Below are positions 21,458 to 34,559 of a stretch of DNA of 64,000 nt, piece by piece. Position numbers and translations under genes: made by a program. The number at the start of each line of letters is the position of its first letter. Positions within the stretch are counted from its first letter, which is position 1. This DNA comes from Orbicella franksi (Eukaryota), in the NCBI GenBank assembly GCA_964199315.1, contig OZ116703.1:28210001-28274000 (forward strand), given 5' to 3'. The notes below the pieces were generated by a model. The model did not search any database. It was not told the origin of the DNA and saw only the letters and a program-made list of their open reading frames with translations.

Positions 21458-23439
21458 CTGGTCACTGAACAGACAACTGTAAAATGGTCCGCTGACAAAT
21501 AATGTATTCAGTCAGATGCAAGTCTTCTGTCGCAACTTAGAGAAACCTACCCTCCACGTGCCTGTTTTCGCTGTAATGTTTTTCTAATCACATGCAACGA
21601 GACTTTCACACGCATTGTCAGTATATAAAGAACTCATAAGAATCTGACTGGTAGTTTTACGAATTTGAAAATGATGCCGAATGAGTCATCGAAACGCCTT
21701 TCGAAATTATTGTCGCTAATTTTTATTCTTAATTGTTTATCCAAAGCTTCCGTTATTACAACGTCTTTGTAAAAGTTATAAGTTCGGTGCAATACATTTG
21801 TGTAGGCTTGCGCTAATAAATGTGTTGAAAGGAGAGAACTCTTGATTTATAAGCGATAGTTTTAGCGGGAACTGCGCTTGCGCTGTACTTTTGATCGCTG
21901 ATACAGAATAACACGTGCGTGTTGTTCGTAAGTGAAAAAATAGATGTTAACAGCACAATGCTGCATGCTGGGTTTACACAATGATTGACAGGTGCCATTT
22001 TATGAGGTCGACTGTTAGTAAGACAATTTGTCTGACTGAATGAAACGCAGGCAAAAAAAAAAAAACTCTGATTTGAACGTTCTTCTTCTTGTTAGTTTTT
22101 TCCCCAGTGATTTGCTGTGACCAATGACATCAATACTTCGTGTTTTCGCTTCGTTTTGTCCTTAAAAGGCTAGTTTTTCTCGGTATTTCTGTGATGAAAC
22201 TTACTCAGCATGGCAGCAGTATATTCTGTCAAAACATTTGTACAATTTCCGTCCTTGTCGTGTATATTTTACATCACCTTATTTTTGTCTGGCTCGGTGT
22301 TTGTTTGTGTCTTGCACGTGCATGTATTGTGCGGTGTATACACAGCTTGTGCCGGCTGTCTCGTGAATCACTGTGGGACTTCGTACCTATGTCAGTTTTG
22401 GGTTCCTGTCTCGTCGAAGGAGGGCACGGTGGTCAAACGATTTGTGCCTCGGGCTATGAAGTCAGACTGAATTGATCATTACACAGAAGTGTTGTGTTCT
22501 TGGGCACGACCGGCACGCAATTCATATAGCTTCCCACGAAACCTAGGTGTTAAAAAGGGCTCTGCCGTGTTGTTGGGTCAACCTGAAAAAGAACAAAAGC
22601 TGGGAGATGTACACTGTAACAGCGTTTTGGCATTACGTGTATATTAAGGAGGAGAGACTTGATATGATTTTTTGTGGTACCTTTTTTTTATGGAAACCGG
22701 GATTAGGCGCCAACTCCGAGAGCTCGCTTCCTGTCTCGTCTCATAACGCGGAGAACGCGAATAAGCAAGAATAAATGTATTATTGTTAACCGTAATAATG
22801 GTAGTAAACGAAAAACATTCGAAATTGCACGAAAAGTGCATGTATGCATTTTGAAAAGTTGTTAAAAGTCATTCCATTATCTCATGGAAGAGAAAGTAAT
22901 TTTGACGAAAACAAGTTTAATGAATCATCACGTGAAAACACCAGTCATTTGACGTATTTCTCTACGGTTTCATTTTTTTGGATCGCTGTTAGTGTCAATA
23001 GGAGATTTAATGGTATTTAATGTGTATTCATAGAGTTAATCTTGTTAGCTTAGGTGGAAAAATCTTGACTGAAAAAACCGAACAGTCAGTCAATTTTTTA
23101 ACTGGGGAATTCTTTCTTCATGACGGATCGTGAAAGATCAGATCGGAAAAAAATTAAATCCGCAAAAATATACCACAGTCAAAACAAACTTAATTTCTAA
23201 TGCGATAAGCTTAAGGTGATGGGTTGATTTGTGATAACGTCACGTAAACTGAGGATTATGCCCGGGGATTGTGCGTCCTAAAGAACTTAGTGGCACCGAG
23301 AATTCCTCGTAGTAATTATTCGTGAAAAGAAAGCCAAAACTTATTAGACAAATCAAACGATATGAAACACAGAACCAGTTGTTCAGTCGTTGAATTAACA
23401 GAGCAATTCTCAAACATTGTTGCTGTAAAATACCCCGAA

Positions 23440-23877
23440 ACCCAGAGGGGCGGGGGGCGGTATTCCCTATAGTGGCCCATACGGGAGGCTCCGCCCGAAA
23501 GGGGTGCCGTATTCAGGCCTCAGGTATATTAAAGCGGGGCAGGGATTTCACAAGTTGAAGTATATGAATTGGTAGGGAAATCTGTCATTTAGTTATTTAA
23601 AAGGACCTTTAATTATAATATTTCGAACCGGCGCCTTTTATGGCTGTATCATTTTAGATATTAGGCACTACATAAAAATGACAAGACGACTTCCTTTTCT
23701 GGCGATTTATTCTTAATGCGAGTCAGTTGTGAAAGCATGTGAAAGGAGTACTTTTTTCAATTAAAGGTATACGAAAGAGTTACCTTTTCTTTCAAAATGG
23801 TATACAAAAGGGTAAGGGGTTGGACTTCGCGACGGAGCTTTCTCGCATAGAACTTTGTAGAGCAGTCCCCCCTGGGA
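23440..23877. repeat. G/C-tipped interspersed repeat, MITE-like
   Basis: Starts CCCAGAGGGGCGGGGGGCGGTATTCCC and ends GCAGTCCCCCCTGGG. Confidence 0.45.
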
Positions 23878-25995
23878 AAACACAAAAGTACCAAGGATTT
23901 CTCAATCGCATAAAAAGGATATTTTTGTTTAGAACTAAGTTTAGATTTAAGCTCCTTGGGTGAACATTCGGAGGAGTTTTATTATGTAAAGGATCTTTAT
24001 GTTGGATGTTAAGCAGATGGATTTTCGGTAGGGGTCTTAGTTAATTGCTATGAGGTAAATTAAAGTGATTTCGATGGATTCAAAGGGAGTTTTCAGGAGG
24101 TCACGGATCGGCCGTGTCCAACAGTTCAGCTGTAATTATCACCTTTGTGCTCACAACAAGATCAGAGTTAGAACCATGAAATTGTTTATGTCTATGGGTG
24201 AATTTTATGCCGAGGCTAGTTTCGTTGTGGACTAAAACAAAAACGTAGAATTCAAGAAGGACTGATTATCTGGGGTACTAAGCCGTTCAATAATGGTTGC
24301 TAGACCCATTTTGTTGGCTGTTTCCGTAAGTTAAGGCGGCTGTATAGATTTTTGAGTACGAGAGAGTCGGTGCTACAGAACTGTTAGCTTGTGTTTTGTA
24401 CGGCTCGCAATCTAAAAGCGAGTAGAACTCTGGTTAACAACAATTAATATCTAATGGGTTACACATTTGGTTTAGAAAAACTGGAACAATCATTTGCAAA
24501 CGATATAATTATTTAAAGGAGCTTGGCACGGGGTTAAACTGTCCATTTAGCCTTTAACTTTAGTGAGTGAGAAGTGCGCTTTCTTTTTTGCTCTAGGTAT
24601 TTAGTTAATATGTCTTTTTTTATGTCCCTTTGCTTCTTTTTTTCCTATTTTGTAATCGGCTCACCGTAAACGGCTGGATGGCTTTCACGACGTAGCTTTT
24701 AGTAATACTCCACAACGTCATTCTTTCAAAACATTTGGAGCAACTATTAGTGTATTTCCAGAAACAGAGCAAATCGAGGTTTGAAACAGCAAATATATTT
24801 TTTTGTTACATTAGACGTTCGATGAAGTCAGAGCATATTTAAATGGCTAATTTAGCACACTGCCCCCGAGGTAAATTTAGCGATTAAAATATGCGCCATT
24901 TTATTTTTTAAGTCAGTATTTTTTCCATTCTGGTTTTTGTTTTCAAGTCTTGCCGTTTTAGCGGTTTCAGGTTTGAGCCGTTGTTTTCTTAGCCTTTGTT
25001 AAGCCTATTACCTTCAAACACTTTCAAGACTTTGTCCGTCTTTTTTTAATACGCAAAAATAATAGCGTGGCTCTAATCCCCATCATTACACACGATTGTG
25101 GATATCGGTGAAATTTTTTTTGATTTGTGGTGTAATCCTTGTGAATGACCCTGTTGTCGATTACGTAAGGAAAAAAAAAGGGGTTTTTGCCGGCGTTTTC
25201 TGGAAAAAAATCTGGTAGGCATTGACAGTATTTTGTTATTTGTGTAAGAAATGATTATTTTTCCCCTTTCATCGTGTTTTCCTAGGTGTGCATCTACAGT
25301 ATTGTTGTCTGCTATCGCTTTGACGCGCTGCTTTCAGCGAATTTTCTTCAGTTTCTTTTTTCTGGTCTATGACTTCGTCCAATTTAGCAATTTGTTTTCC
25401 CCAAGGTCAGCTCAATGCAGTTCATTTTCACCCTGCTCATTTTTTGACAATTTATTCTCTTTCTTTGACGGGTTAGTATTTTTGTATGGTTGACACGTAT
25501 TAAGAGATTTTATTCGAATTGCAAAAAGCGCAACTAAGCTTCTTTGGTAAAACAAAAGGGATTCCGAATGTTCTTTGCAAAAATTGGATAACGAAGAGTA
25601 AAACTGTAGAGAATCAAAAAAGGTTATTCGGTGTTCTAATGTTCCAGGTTCGAAATGCAAAGCTCTGTTAAACTCTTGTTCATCAGCTCCCTGTTTTGAA
25701 TTCAGTTCCAAAATTTGAGGTAACTCTGCTGTACGAATACGAAACCTAAGAAACGATGTGCAACTGATTTCAATGGAATGTGTTTTGCTGTTTTTTTTCT
25801 CCTACTTGATAATGAAGTAAACAGTCTGACTAATATGTTGAAAGCGTTTAATCCGTTCAGGGATTCTCCAGTCTGCTCTACCTATGGAAGCAGGGGATTG
25901 TCGGGTGAATCCAATTGCGGTGAAAAGTACCCACATTACCCCGTATTTGAAGCAGATTCTGTTTGTAGACTTTCAGGAAGGACATGAATGACACC

Positions 25996-26370
25996 CAGGG
26001 CAGGAAAAAAAAATTGAAATCCACTTGCCCAGTGGGCCAGTAAATTTCAGTTTTCACTTGCCCCTACTTAAATACTACTTGCCAACGTGCCGGCCAGTAT
26101 GGAAATCAGAGGACAAACGTGAACAAAGTATGCTTGGATTCCTAACTAATCCATGGTTTCAACCTAATGGTTAACTAATCTTACAGTCTTAAGCTTTGAA
26201 GTAGTTTCATTTATCGAGCTGACATTTTCATTCAGACTTGCAAGACTATTGAGGCTAATAATATTATCATTTTTCATGTGCCCACCGGGCCACTGAACTT
26301 CTATTTTCACTTGCCCAACAGCAAAATCTACTTGCCCCGGGCGATCGGACACGCTTTTTTACCTGCCCTG
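25996..26370. mobile_element. hAT-type MITE
   Basis: TIRs CAGGGCAGG.AAAAA / TTTTTACCTGCCCTG. 8-bp TSD ATGACACC at 25988-25995 and 26371-26378. Internal CACTTGCCC repeats. Confidence 0.85.
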
Positions 26371-26636
26371 ATGACACCCGACCAATGTCCAAGAGACATT
26401 ATGTCCCGTGTCCATAGAGAAGCGAATCATGATTACTGTAACACGCTGTGTGTTTCTTATTTCTCCCAGATCTGTGGCTGGACTATATTCGCCTTGAACT
26501 TCAACATCCTTGTGGTAAACTAGACACCGCTGGAGAGCTGTATTGGCGGGCAACCAAGTCTCTTAACGGGGAATTTACGAAGGAATTTGTCGGACTTTAC
26601 TCTTTGCTGCAGGCGGGCCGTGTATAAATTAAATAA

Positions 26637-27043
26637 TAGGGACCTTAAGCAATGACGACGTCTGGAAAAATTTGGTTTATACACTCCTTTTCTCTCCCAT
26701 ACCCAGCTCGTCGCTGGCCCGCTTTTTCGATCGTCCCCACTGACCGAGAGCCGGGAACTGGCCACAGTTATCTAGATCTGTTCAATAGGCCGATCGGTCT
26801 AAAAACCTGCTAAAACTAAATATGGAATGCCAGGGATAAATTTCAAAAGGAAATACGAAAAATTAGCCATCGTGGCCCACGTTCTCCAAAATGCTCAGAA
26901 CTTGGACATTGCACGATGTTGTGCAGAGGACGGCTAGGAAATGTACAAAGACTTACAACGTACGTGCACAGCCACTGTTCTGCTCATTTTGATGCCGTTG
27001 TTGTCGCCGTTCCGTTGCCGTTGTGGTTTGCTTAAGCTCCTTA
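26637..27043. repeat. Interspersed repeat with AGGGACCTTAAGCA / TGCTTAAGCTCCT ends and nested fragments
   Basis: Imperfect terminal inverted motifs and subterminal GACGACG / CGTTGCCGTTG repeats. Confidence 0.5.
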
Positions 27044-30000
27044 ATTGTTTTTTCTTAAAATACACCGAGGTCCTCTCTCACTTACCAAAACTGAGATGAC
27101 AAAATCATCAACTACGTTTTGAAGTCTTGAATTAGCAAGAAATAATCAGAACTAACATTGTACAAAAGAGTGGCGGAAAAAAAAAGCGAGAATTGTAAGG
27201 TTTCTCACCTTCACAAGCCAGAAGTACAGGCAGCCAAAAGCCTTGATCTGGATATCTTCCAGCTCTAGGCTAATGATCTGACTCACGGATAGCTCAGACA
27301 TCTTATAACATTTAGCTTGAACTTTTCAAGTTCGCCGTGCCTAATCCGTCTTCATCTGCGCTATTGTTGTGCACATCGTTATTGCATCAGATTTTACGTG
27401 ACCTCCTCGGTGTTTCACCTTTTAAATAATTTGAGTGTCTCTTTATTGAAAGGGCAATCCCCCGGATGGTATATCATGTTTTCATAATCGAGGCCGGGAG
27501 CTTATTAGCCGCAAAAGAAAGCGACGATGACTAAAATGCATCGAAATTGCACCAGAGTGACAATTTTGATTGCTTGATTTTTGTCGCAAAGTCAAATTGG
27601 ATGAACATTAATCCACTCCAGTCCTCGTAATCCAGTGCTTCTTGTCCAAAATTCTTGTACTGTTTGGCTCTTCAAAATCTTTTTATCCAATTTACTTATT
27701 TATTTCGTGGCATTGGGTAATATAATATGAAAATTACGAAGGAAAAGTTTCTATAATTAGCTGAGACTTATTATTTTGTATATTATGAGAATATTTGGTG
27801 ACATGCAGCTGTAGGTCAGAAATGTTACTGTTTTAACATGTATGGACGATGCAAATGAACCTCAAATACAGTTCTATTTTTGAAATACCAAATTGCATAC
27901 AACGTTGACTGGTGGTGGTGTGGTTATTCGCGGTTCTAGGTCAAACAGTTGAATGGCTCGCAGAGCCTGGTAACTGTTGATCCGCCCGAAAAGCTCAAAG
28001 CTTCCTTGTCATCAGCAAGCTGCCTAAGACGATCGAAAACACAAGTGGGGGAAAATAAACAGGTACAGGCGAGCCATGCTTAGAAATGTTGCATGGTCAC
28101 ATTAATACTTTAGCTCGAGAATCAATGAAACCCTTTGTAATGGCAGACAAAAAAAATGGATGTTGCCTTCGAGTCCGTCATAGTCCCTTGGTGTTCTAAA
28201 ACCATTTTGTTTTTTATTTGTTTGGAGTCATACTTAAAACTACAGCCGACGTAATCCAGTGGAATCTCAATTTTCGGAACGAAAATTTTTTTTTTCCTTC
28301 ATGAGAGCAAAAAGAGTACTTCCAATAATCTGAAGATTTGTCTGTACGTGACATTCCTGCTGTAGTTTAAATATGGCCAAGACAAGTGCCAAGAAAGGGC
28401 TACTAGACTTCCTCAGACTCCTCTCGTAACATTCGCGGAGGCTTTGTCTGATTTTTTTCAAAAATTAAAAAAAAGTGGATTGTGCCAACGGGAAACAAGC
28501 ATGGGAAGTCTTTACAGTGCCGAACAGTGCTGTGATCCAGACAGCCTGAAGACGTAATTATGAATGCCAGCCCTGCGGAAACCATTAGTCTTGTCTGTTT
28601 CGGTGTTCTCTCTCAGGTCACGGAAAAATTCGACTGCGCGCATTCCGCACTTCGTATTGTTTTTAATAGCTCTCTCAGAGTATCTTCGCAACCATAAAAT
28701 TGTGCACTGGTTATATGAGAGTTTTTTCCCTTCCTATCAGAACGTCGTTAGGCTCGTGTTCCGGCGATTGTGAGTACGGGCCACCACCCTCAAGTTCATC
28801 AACACCATCAAGTTCATTTATCAATGTCTGTAATCTGAATAAAGTGTGGATTTTCTTTCAGTTTTTTTGGAAATTGAAAATGAAAAAGGCTGGGTTATTT
28901 TTGTGACCTTTGGAATTAGAATGGACTTAGTGGAATCACGATTTGAAATGAAATCGGCCCATGTGAAAAAAAAAAAAATATATATATATATGAATAATCA
29001 TGTTTTGACACAGAGTTTCTATTTACCCAAATGTTTTCACCTAAAGGCGGGACTTGTGAGAGAGTGACTTTTTGCGGCGGAGCCGGCATTTAATGTCCTC
29101 GCGAGGACATAAAATTCGCGAGAGGCAGGGACTTCCTCGCGGCTTCGAATTCACCGCTTTTGTAAACGGCTTCGCTACCAAAAAAAAAATTACTCCCGCG
29201 GGAAATTCCGCCAGCTGCGCAGGCTGCTTACTATGAATTAAAGAGTTCGCCTCGGGCATACAGTCCTTTTTGGCGGGAAACCATTTAAGTCGCAAGTACC
29301 TCACAAGTTTGCGCGGTTTGTGATAGACGCGCAGAATCCCGGCAGAGGCGAGATATAACATCTGCTACCCAAGCTACCTCCCAAGGCCCAACGCGGGCAA
29401 ACGAATGTAGTTTTGGCGGGAAGCCAAGCGGACTTGAGTTATACGCTCTTGTCAAGAACTGTCTTTCCATTCTTTGAGAGAAACGTAATAATCGCATTAA
29501 TCAGTTGGTGTAGGGTATAATTAGCCAATGTTTTCATCGTAAAACGATGCCATCTGTACTCCTTAACACCAAAATAATTTTGTAAATTGGATGGATGTAG
29601 TATTAGTAGAGATATGAGCCACTGATCTTTTAATGATATCATACCCAATAACGTTCTCTGTTTACCTTTAGCATTCCTTGTTACATTTTCCCAGTTTTGA
29701 AGATAAATGAGTAAAGTATGTGAAACAGTGTAACAGTTAGACAAATTCTAAAACTTTCTTCACTTTCCCTTTATGAAAATGGCGAAAAATCAAGCTTCTT
29801 CGTCTCGTTGGAGTGTTGAGTGGCTGTGCGTATTAGCCTCTTTACGTGCAAGCATATCCTGTTCCGCTTAATTTCTTCGCGTGGGTAAGTCGTTTTTGTG
29901 TTGTCTTGGTGCAAAGTGACAGCTTATTCTTGTCTGCCGAAAGAAAGACAAAGCAAGTTTTCATTGTCTCGTTAACGTCACAGTTACATCTCGGCTAGAT

Positions 30001-30637
30001 GCAACATCAGAATCATTCAATACGCAAGTGCAATTTTTTTGTGGGGGAATGGTGACATCCCACTGTTTAATAATTTCAGCTGTATCATTTTTAAAGGTTT
30101 AACCACAGTCTGGTAATAAACAAAGTACTTCGCTAATGATGGTAAGGATTTAAGAATTGAGACTCAAACTAATCGCATTTCCATTTAGTTTACTCGACGT
30201 CTGTAAACGAATTGCAATATTTACAAAGCACACAGATAGCACACAGCTATCACTGAGAACTATGCGAGGCTTTAGACTCCTGTCTGATACCGCAGTTTAC
30301 GACGTTTTCATCATTAATCTTCTCGATGCGAATTTTTTGGAACAGAAACTTGGCCAGTCTTCAAATTATGAGCTTCAGACTACATTACGTACTCGAGTCT
30401 CGCGCCATCGGGCGCACATTATATACTTCTATCACACGAAGTCAACACAGTGCCAGAATTGAATTCAGTCCGGCCGCGGGGTCAATAAAATCCCGTCTTT
30501 GGTCCAAAGAACATTTGTAATGGGAGATATTTTGGATCTTAATTTTTCGTCTAGCGTCGCGTCAAATGTTATTTAGTGTCCAGTGTCTGAGCGAAGCGTC
30601 CACAGGGTGTAAGGAGGTAAACAGAACATTTCTGAGC

Positions 30638-30644
30638 TATAAAA
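30638..30644 (+). promoter_or_regulatory. TATA box of the noggin-like gene
   Basis: CTATAAAAG 55 bp upstream of the ATG at 30693. Confidence 0.6.
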
Positions 30645-30692
30645 GCAAATCGGGCCTAAAGCATTAGACATTTGCTTCTGTAAGCGTAAAGC

Positions 30693-33600
30693 ATGAAGAC
30701 GTTACTAATCATCGCGACAACTTTGCTGCTTAATGCGGCGAAAATTTCGCAATGTGTTCACGCTCGGAACTTTAAAGGTGGTAGCGGTGTGCACATGATT
30801 TACCCACACGAGGGATCTCATCCTAAAAATGACCTAATAGGCAGTGGTCTGCCATTAAAGCCAGTTGAGAGCACTCAACCAAAGAGCATAGACGACTGCG
30901 AGGAACAACTTCAGAAACCGAGCGAGCGTGATTTGAATGAGAGGCGACTTCTCAAACGCCTTGGAGGCAAGATAGATGAGCGCTTTTTGTCAGTGACTGA
31001 GCCCTCGCAGATGTCCGACGAACCGATCGTGCAACGAGTTTCACTGCGTGGCATCACGACCGCAGAAAAAAACTTTCTCAGGCAGGTTATCAGGAACGAG
31101 ACTATACCTAAGATGGGTAAAACGTCCCTATCTGTTGAAAGGTTTTTGATGAAATGGCTCATTCACAAATCGGACTGTCCTGTGGAAAGAACTTGGAAGC
31201 ACTTGGGAAACTGCTATTGGCCGCGGTGGATCTCGGTAAGTAATTAGAAAAGGCTTGAAATGCTGTAGAGCCAGCTAAGCAATTCATTTTTGTGCTTTAA
31301 TGCTTAGGATCCCTTTCTATGTCACCAATTGTGGCGACTGACTGAAACCGCCAGCATATATGAGATCATAAATTTTTGGCCTAGTGGTATGCCTCGGGCC
31401 ATTTTTCATTTGAATGTAAAATTTATTTTTGGCTTGAGGCTGTAGCCGTTATTTTGAAATGTTGCCATGTATAAGAGCTCTTCGCGTACGAGTTTTCCAG
31501 GCAAACCATCAGGAGTCCGTTCGTTTTATTTGAAGAAAAACAGACAATTGTCGATGAATTAGAGAGGAAAGGAGAGCAAAAGCCAGCTTACTTTGCATGT
31601 TGGTGCAGATTTGCGTGTCAGAACGATAAAGATTGGATTGTAGCCTAACACGACTCAATCTTTCATAAACAACTGCCTGGAAGTGTAATAAGTGCTGCTT
31701 GTATTAAAGCGATTTAAATGTAGACCAGACGCAAAAAGCACCTGTCGAACCAAGGTCAAAGATTCACGACAGAAATAATATTCTGTAGAAAACTGGATCA
31801 TATGATACACTTGTATTAATCACAACAATAAGATTTCATATGCTGTTAATATTTCGAACTTCAGTATATGAAAAATGTCAAAAAACAGCCCTATACAGCT
31901 TGAGGTGGGAAGAAAAAGAATTGTTGCTGACTCAGCTGCATAGTAGTAGAGTGTAGGCATTCAAGTATTTAGAAACGTCAGCGGTTTAATTAATTGGGAC
32001 TACTGAATTAACTCGAACAAAGCGGGTCTTTAGTGGTTGCACTCTCGTCTGTCATGAGCAGAACAATCGACCGTTTAGTCGTTAAGAGCCGGGCCTGTAC
32101 GCTTTCACTTGACTCTTGAACCCAGCTTTGCAAATGACACAAGCCAAACAATGCGTGGCTGTTGTATAAGGATCACAGGGTCTTAGGAACGTATTTGGTC
32201 GCTAATTTTCTACATCTTGGGTTTGAATACCGACAAAAAAAAAATGAAAATCGTTTGTGGTCATCGTTCCCGATGTCGAATTTAGCTGGCTTTAAAGTCA
32301 GGTTAAACGAAAACAAACGAGAGATGTAAAAAAGAGTCCAAGAAGAAGAACCTGATCAACTAAAAGTATGCAGGTTTCTTTTCGGTCCGGTATAGCTCAG
32401 TAGAAAAATACTCCCAAAATAATCCCAGGAGTATAAAAACAACGTAAAACAATGAACAAACAAAGGATTTTAATGTCGATAGCGGAGTAATGCTTAGTGA
32501 TACAAGTCAACTTTAGGCTTCCTTGGAACACCGGACTACCATTATCTACAATTTATAGTTTTACCAGCGTGCCCTCCTGCGCGCTGCGCATGTAATTAAT
32601 TCAACCGGGAAATACTTGCGTCAAAAAGTTTCTTTTCTGAACCGAAAAGAGATATTTAAGAACCAACGTTCTGTCGAAGGCGAAAGTTGGAGTGTACTTA
32701 GCCACAGCAATTTTATTGATGGTTCAACCGTGAACTGTGCCTTCCTCGAAAAGTTATTTTTATTGTGCACTTACTGTCTTTATTTGCGTTAAGGTAACTT
32801 TCAACAAAAATTCGCGTTCGGCTCAGTTTACCTCTGTACGGAGTAGTTTCAGGTATTGACTGCAAACATACCACAATGTGATCCAAGAACGAAACAGAAA
32901 GACGATCCGAGCATCCCTAGCATGATTTGGCAGCCATCAACACATATGGATATATCTATCAGACAGTTTCAAATGACCGCTGCTTAGACATTCATACCAG
33001 ACCCTGACAGAAGGAGCCAGACCAATGTTATCTTTCTTACCGGCTTAATCAAATTAATCAATTACGCTTAATACCTCACGTTCTATAAATGAGCTTAGTG
33101 GTATTCCGGACCTTAACGTGCTCTGAGTTTCCGGGTACCGATTGGCAGGACATTAAATTGTGCCTTTTCAAATTTGTGGAAATTATGCTAAACGGGCCGT
33201 TAATGTTTTTGTGGCGTTAACGAATTCAGTGAGCCTGAACAAGCAGTCTGACAAGAAGAAGCAAAGACCCTGACAACCAGACAAGGGTTGCAAGTATGCG
33301 CTTTGCAAAATAACTGACAGAGGCCACGTTTTCATGGTCAAGGCATTTATCGAGTATGGCAATCTACGATTAGCACAGTCGCGTCTAGAGCAGAAGTCGT
33401 CACTAATGCCCTTTTGTTGAGAACACGTCGTTTCTGATGCGTTTTGATCTGCCGTTCACACTCAAACGACCCAAAATTCTCATGGTGTTCATGGAAAACG
33501 CATGCATTTGAAGCGCTGTCCGCTGGAGTGGAGACATCCGAAAACTGAGCCCTAGCGTACTGGCGTGGTTTTTGAATTGACGGAGGTTTCCAAAATGCTG

Positions 33601-34559
33601 ACGTCATTCACATTATGTCCGCATGCGCAAATGACATTTGTGGTGTTTTCCTATAGCATTTTAGCATAAGCGTTTTCGAGCAATTCAATGTGGACAGCGT
33701 GAAATCAGTTCAAACGGCAGTGTGCTGATGCAGAGTTTTCGTCTATACGCTTCATCGAAAACGCAACGTTTCAGAAAAGCATTACTATGAACGGGGCCTT
33801 AATGACTACTTTCTTCATAGCTGCTATGTAAATCCTTAAATAAGGAGATCAGTGGCTTTCAAATGGTATATTGTAAACAGGCGGAGAGTCTTTATTTGCT
33901 GATTTAAGAAAAACTGCCGTTCGCCTTAGGGGATAAAGGGTTAAGTAAACCGGAAACATTTTCTCCGACGTGTAGGTGTAGAGAGAGGGTCAAACTCCGA
34001 AACACACGCTAGAGTCTTTTAAGAACTTGTTAAAACATTCCCTGTCATAAATAGAGTCATGTTATGACGTCATTCTGGAAACATTACAAAACATAGCGTT
34101 CATTTTGCCAACGAAATATTTCATGTTGAAAGAATCCGTTTTGATCCTATTCCATTTCACGCATTACTATATTTCCTTTAACCCTTCTCCAAGTTATTTT
34201 TTTTTGCGTGAAACTGACTAAGCAGAAAGAGTTTTCAGGCTGCTAAGTTTACCTTAAAATAATGGATTAAAGAACGTAGTTTTCCTTCGCAGATGGGCCG
34301 CTGTGTAAACAAGCAGTGCTCGTGGCCTCATGGGATGTCGTGTGTTCCCTCTGATCCAGTCTCAGTGATGATGCTACGATGGCATTGCCGCAAAGTCCGA
34401 GACGGGCGGAAAGGGAAGAGACCTGGGGCCCAAGCTTCAAATATATCTTGTCGGTGGTCGAAGTTCCGTTATCCTATAATTAATAATTGTACATGCAAGT
34501 GCAAAGAAAAGCCTCATGTTTCTGAAAGACTGTTGCCAGTGCGACCTCTTGGAAATTAA
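30693..34559 (+). CDS. Noggin-like protein (NLG-type, 269 aa, secreted); exons 30693-31235 and 34293-34559
   Basis: Signal peptide MKTLLIIATTLLLNAAKISQC. Clip-like region LPLKPVE...KPSERDLNERRLLKRLGGKIDERFLSVTEP. Then CPVERTWKHLGNCYWPRWIS, donor GTAAGT at 31236, acceptor TTTCCTTCGCAG, and MGRCVNKQCSWPHGMSC...LRWHC...CRWSKFRYPIINNCTCKC, the full nine-cysteine noggin pattern. Confidence 0.92.

Noticed and set aside
22346-22470. Candidate UTP6 last exon ending ..RFVPRAMKSD*
   Set aside because: Phase fits and RAMK resembles the conserved WRAMK, but the acceptor is weak and the rest does not match the DLW.DY..E pattern. Probably chance.
25412-25711. 99-aa minus ORF with a faint TPR-like segment (SLLFYQRSL)
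   Set aside because: Single weak match, no splice context, and in a probable repeat region.
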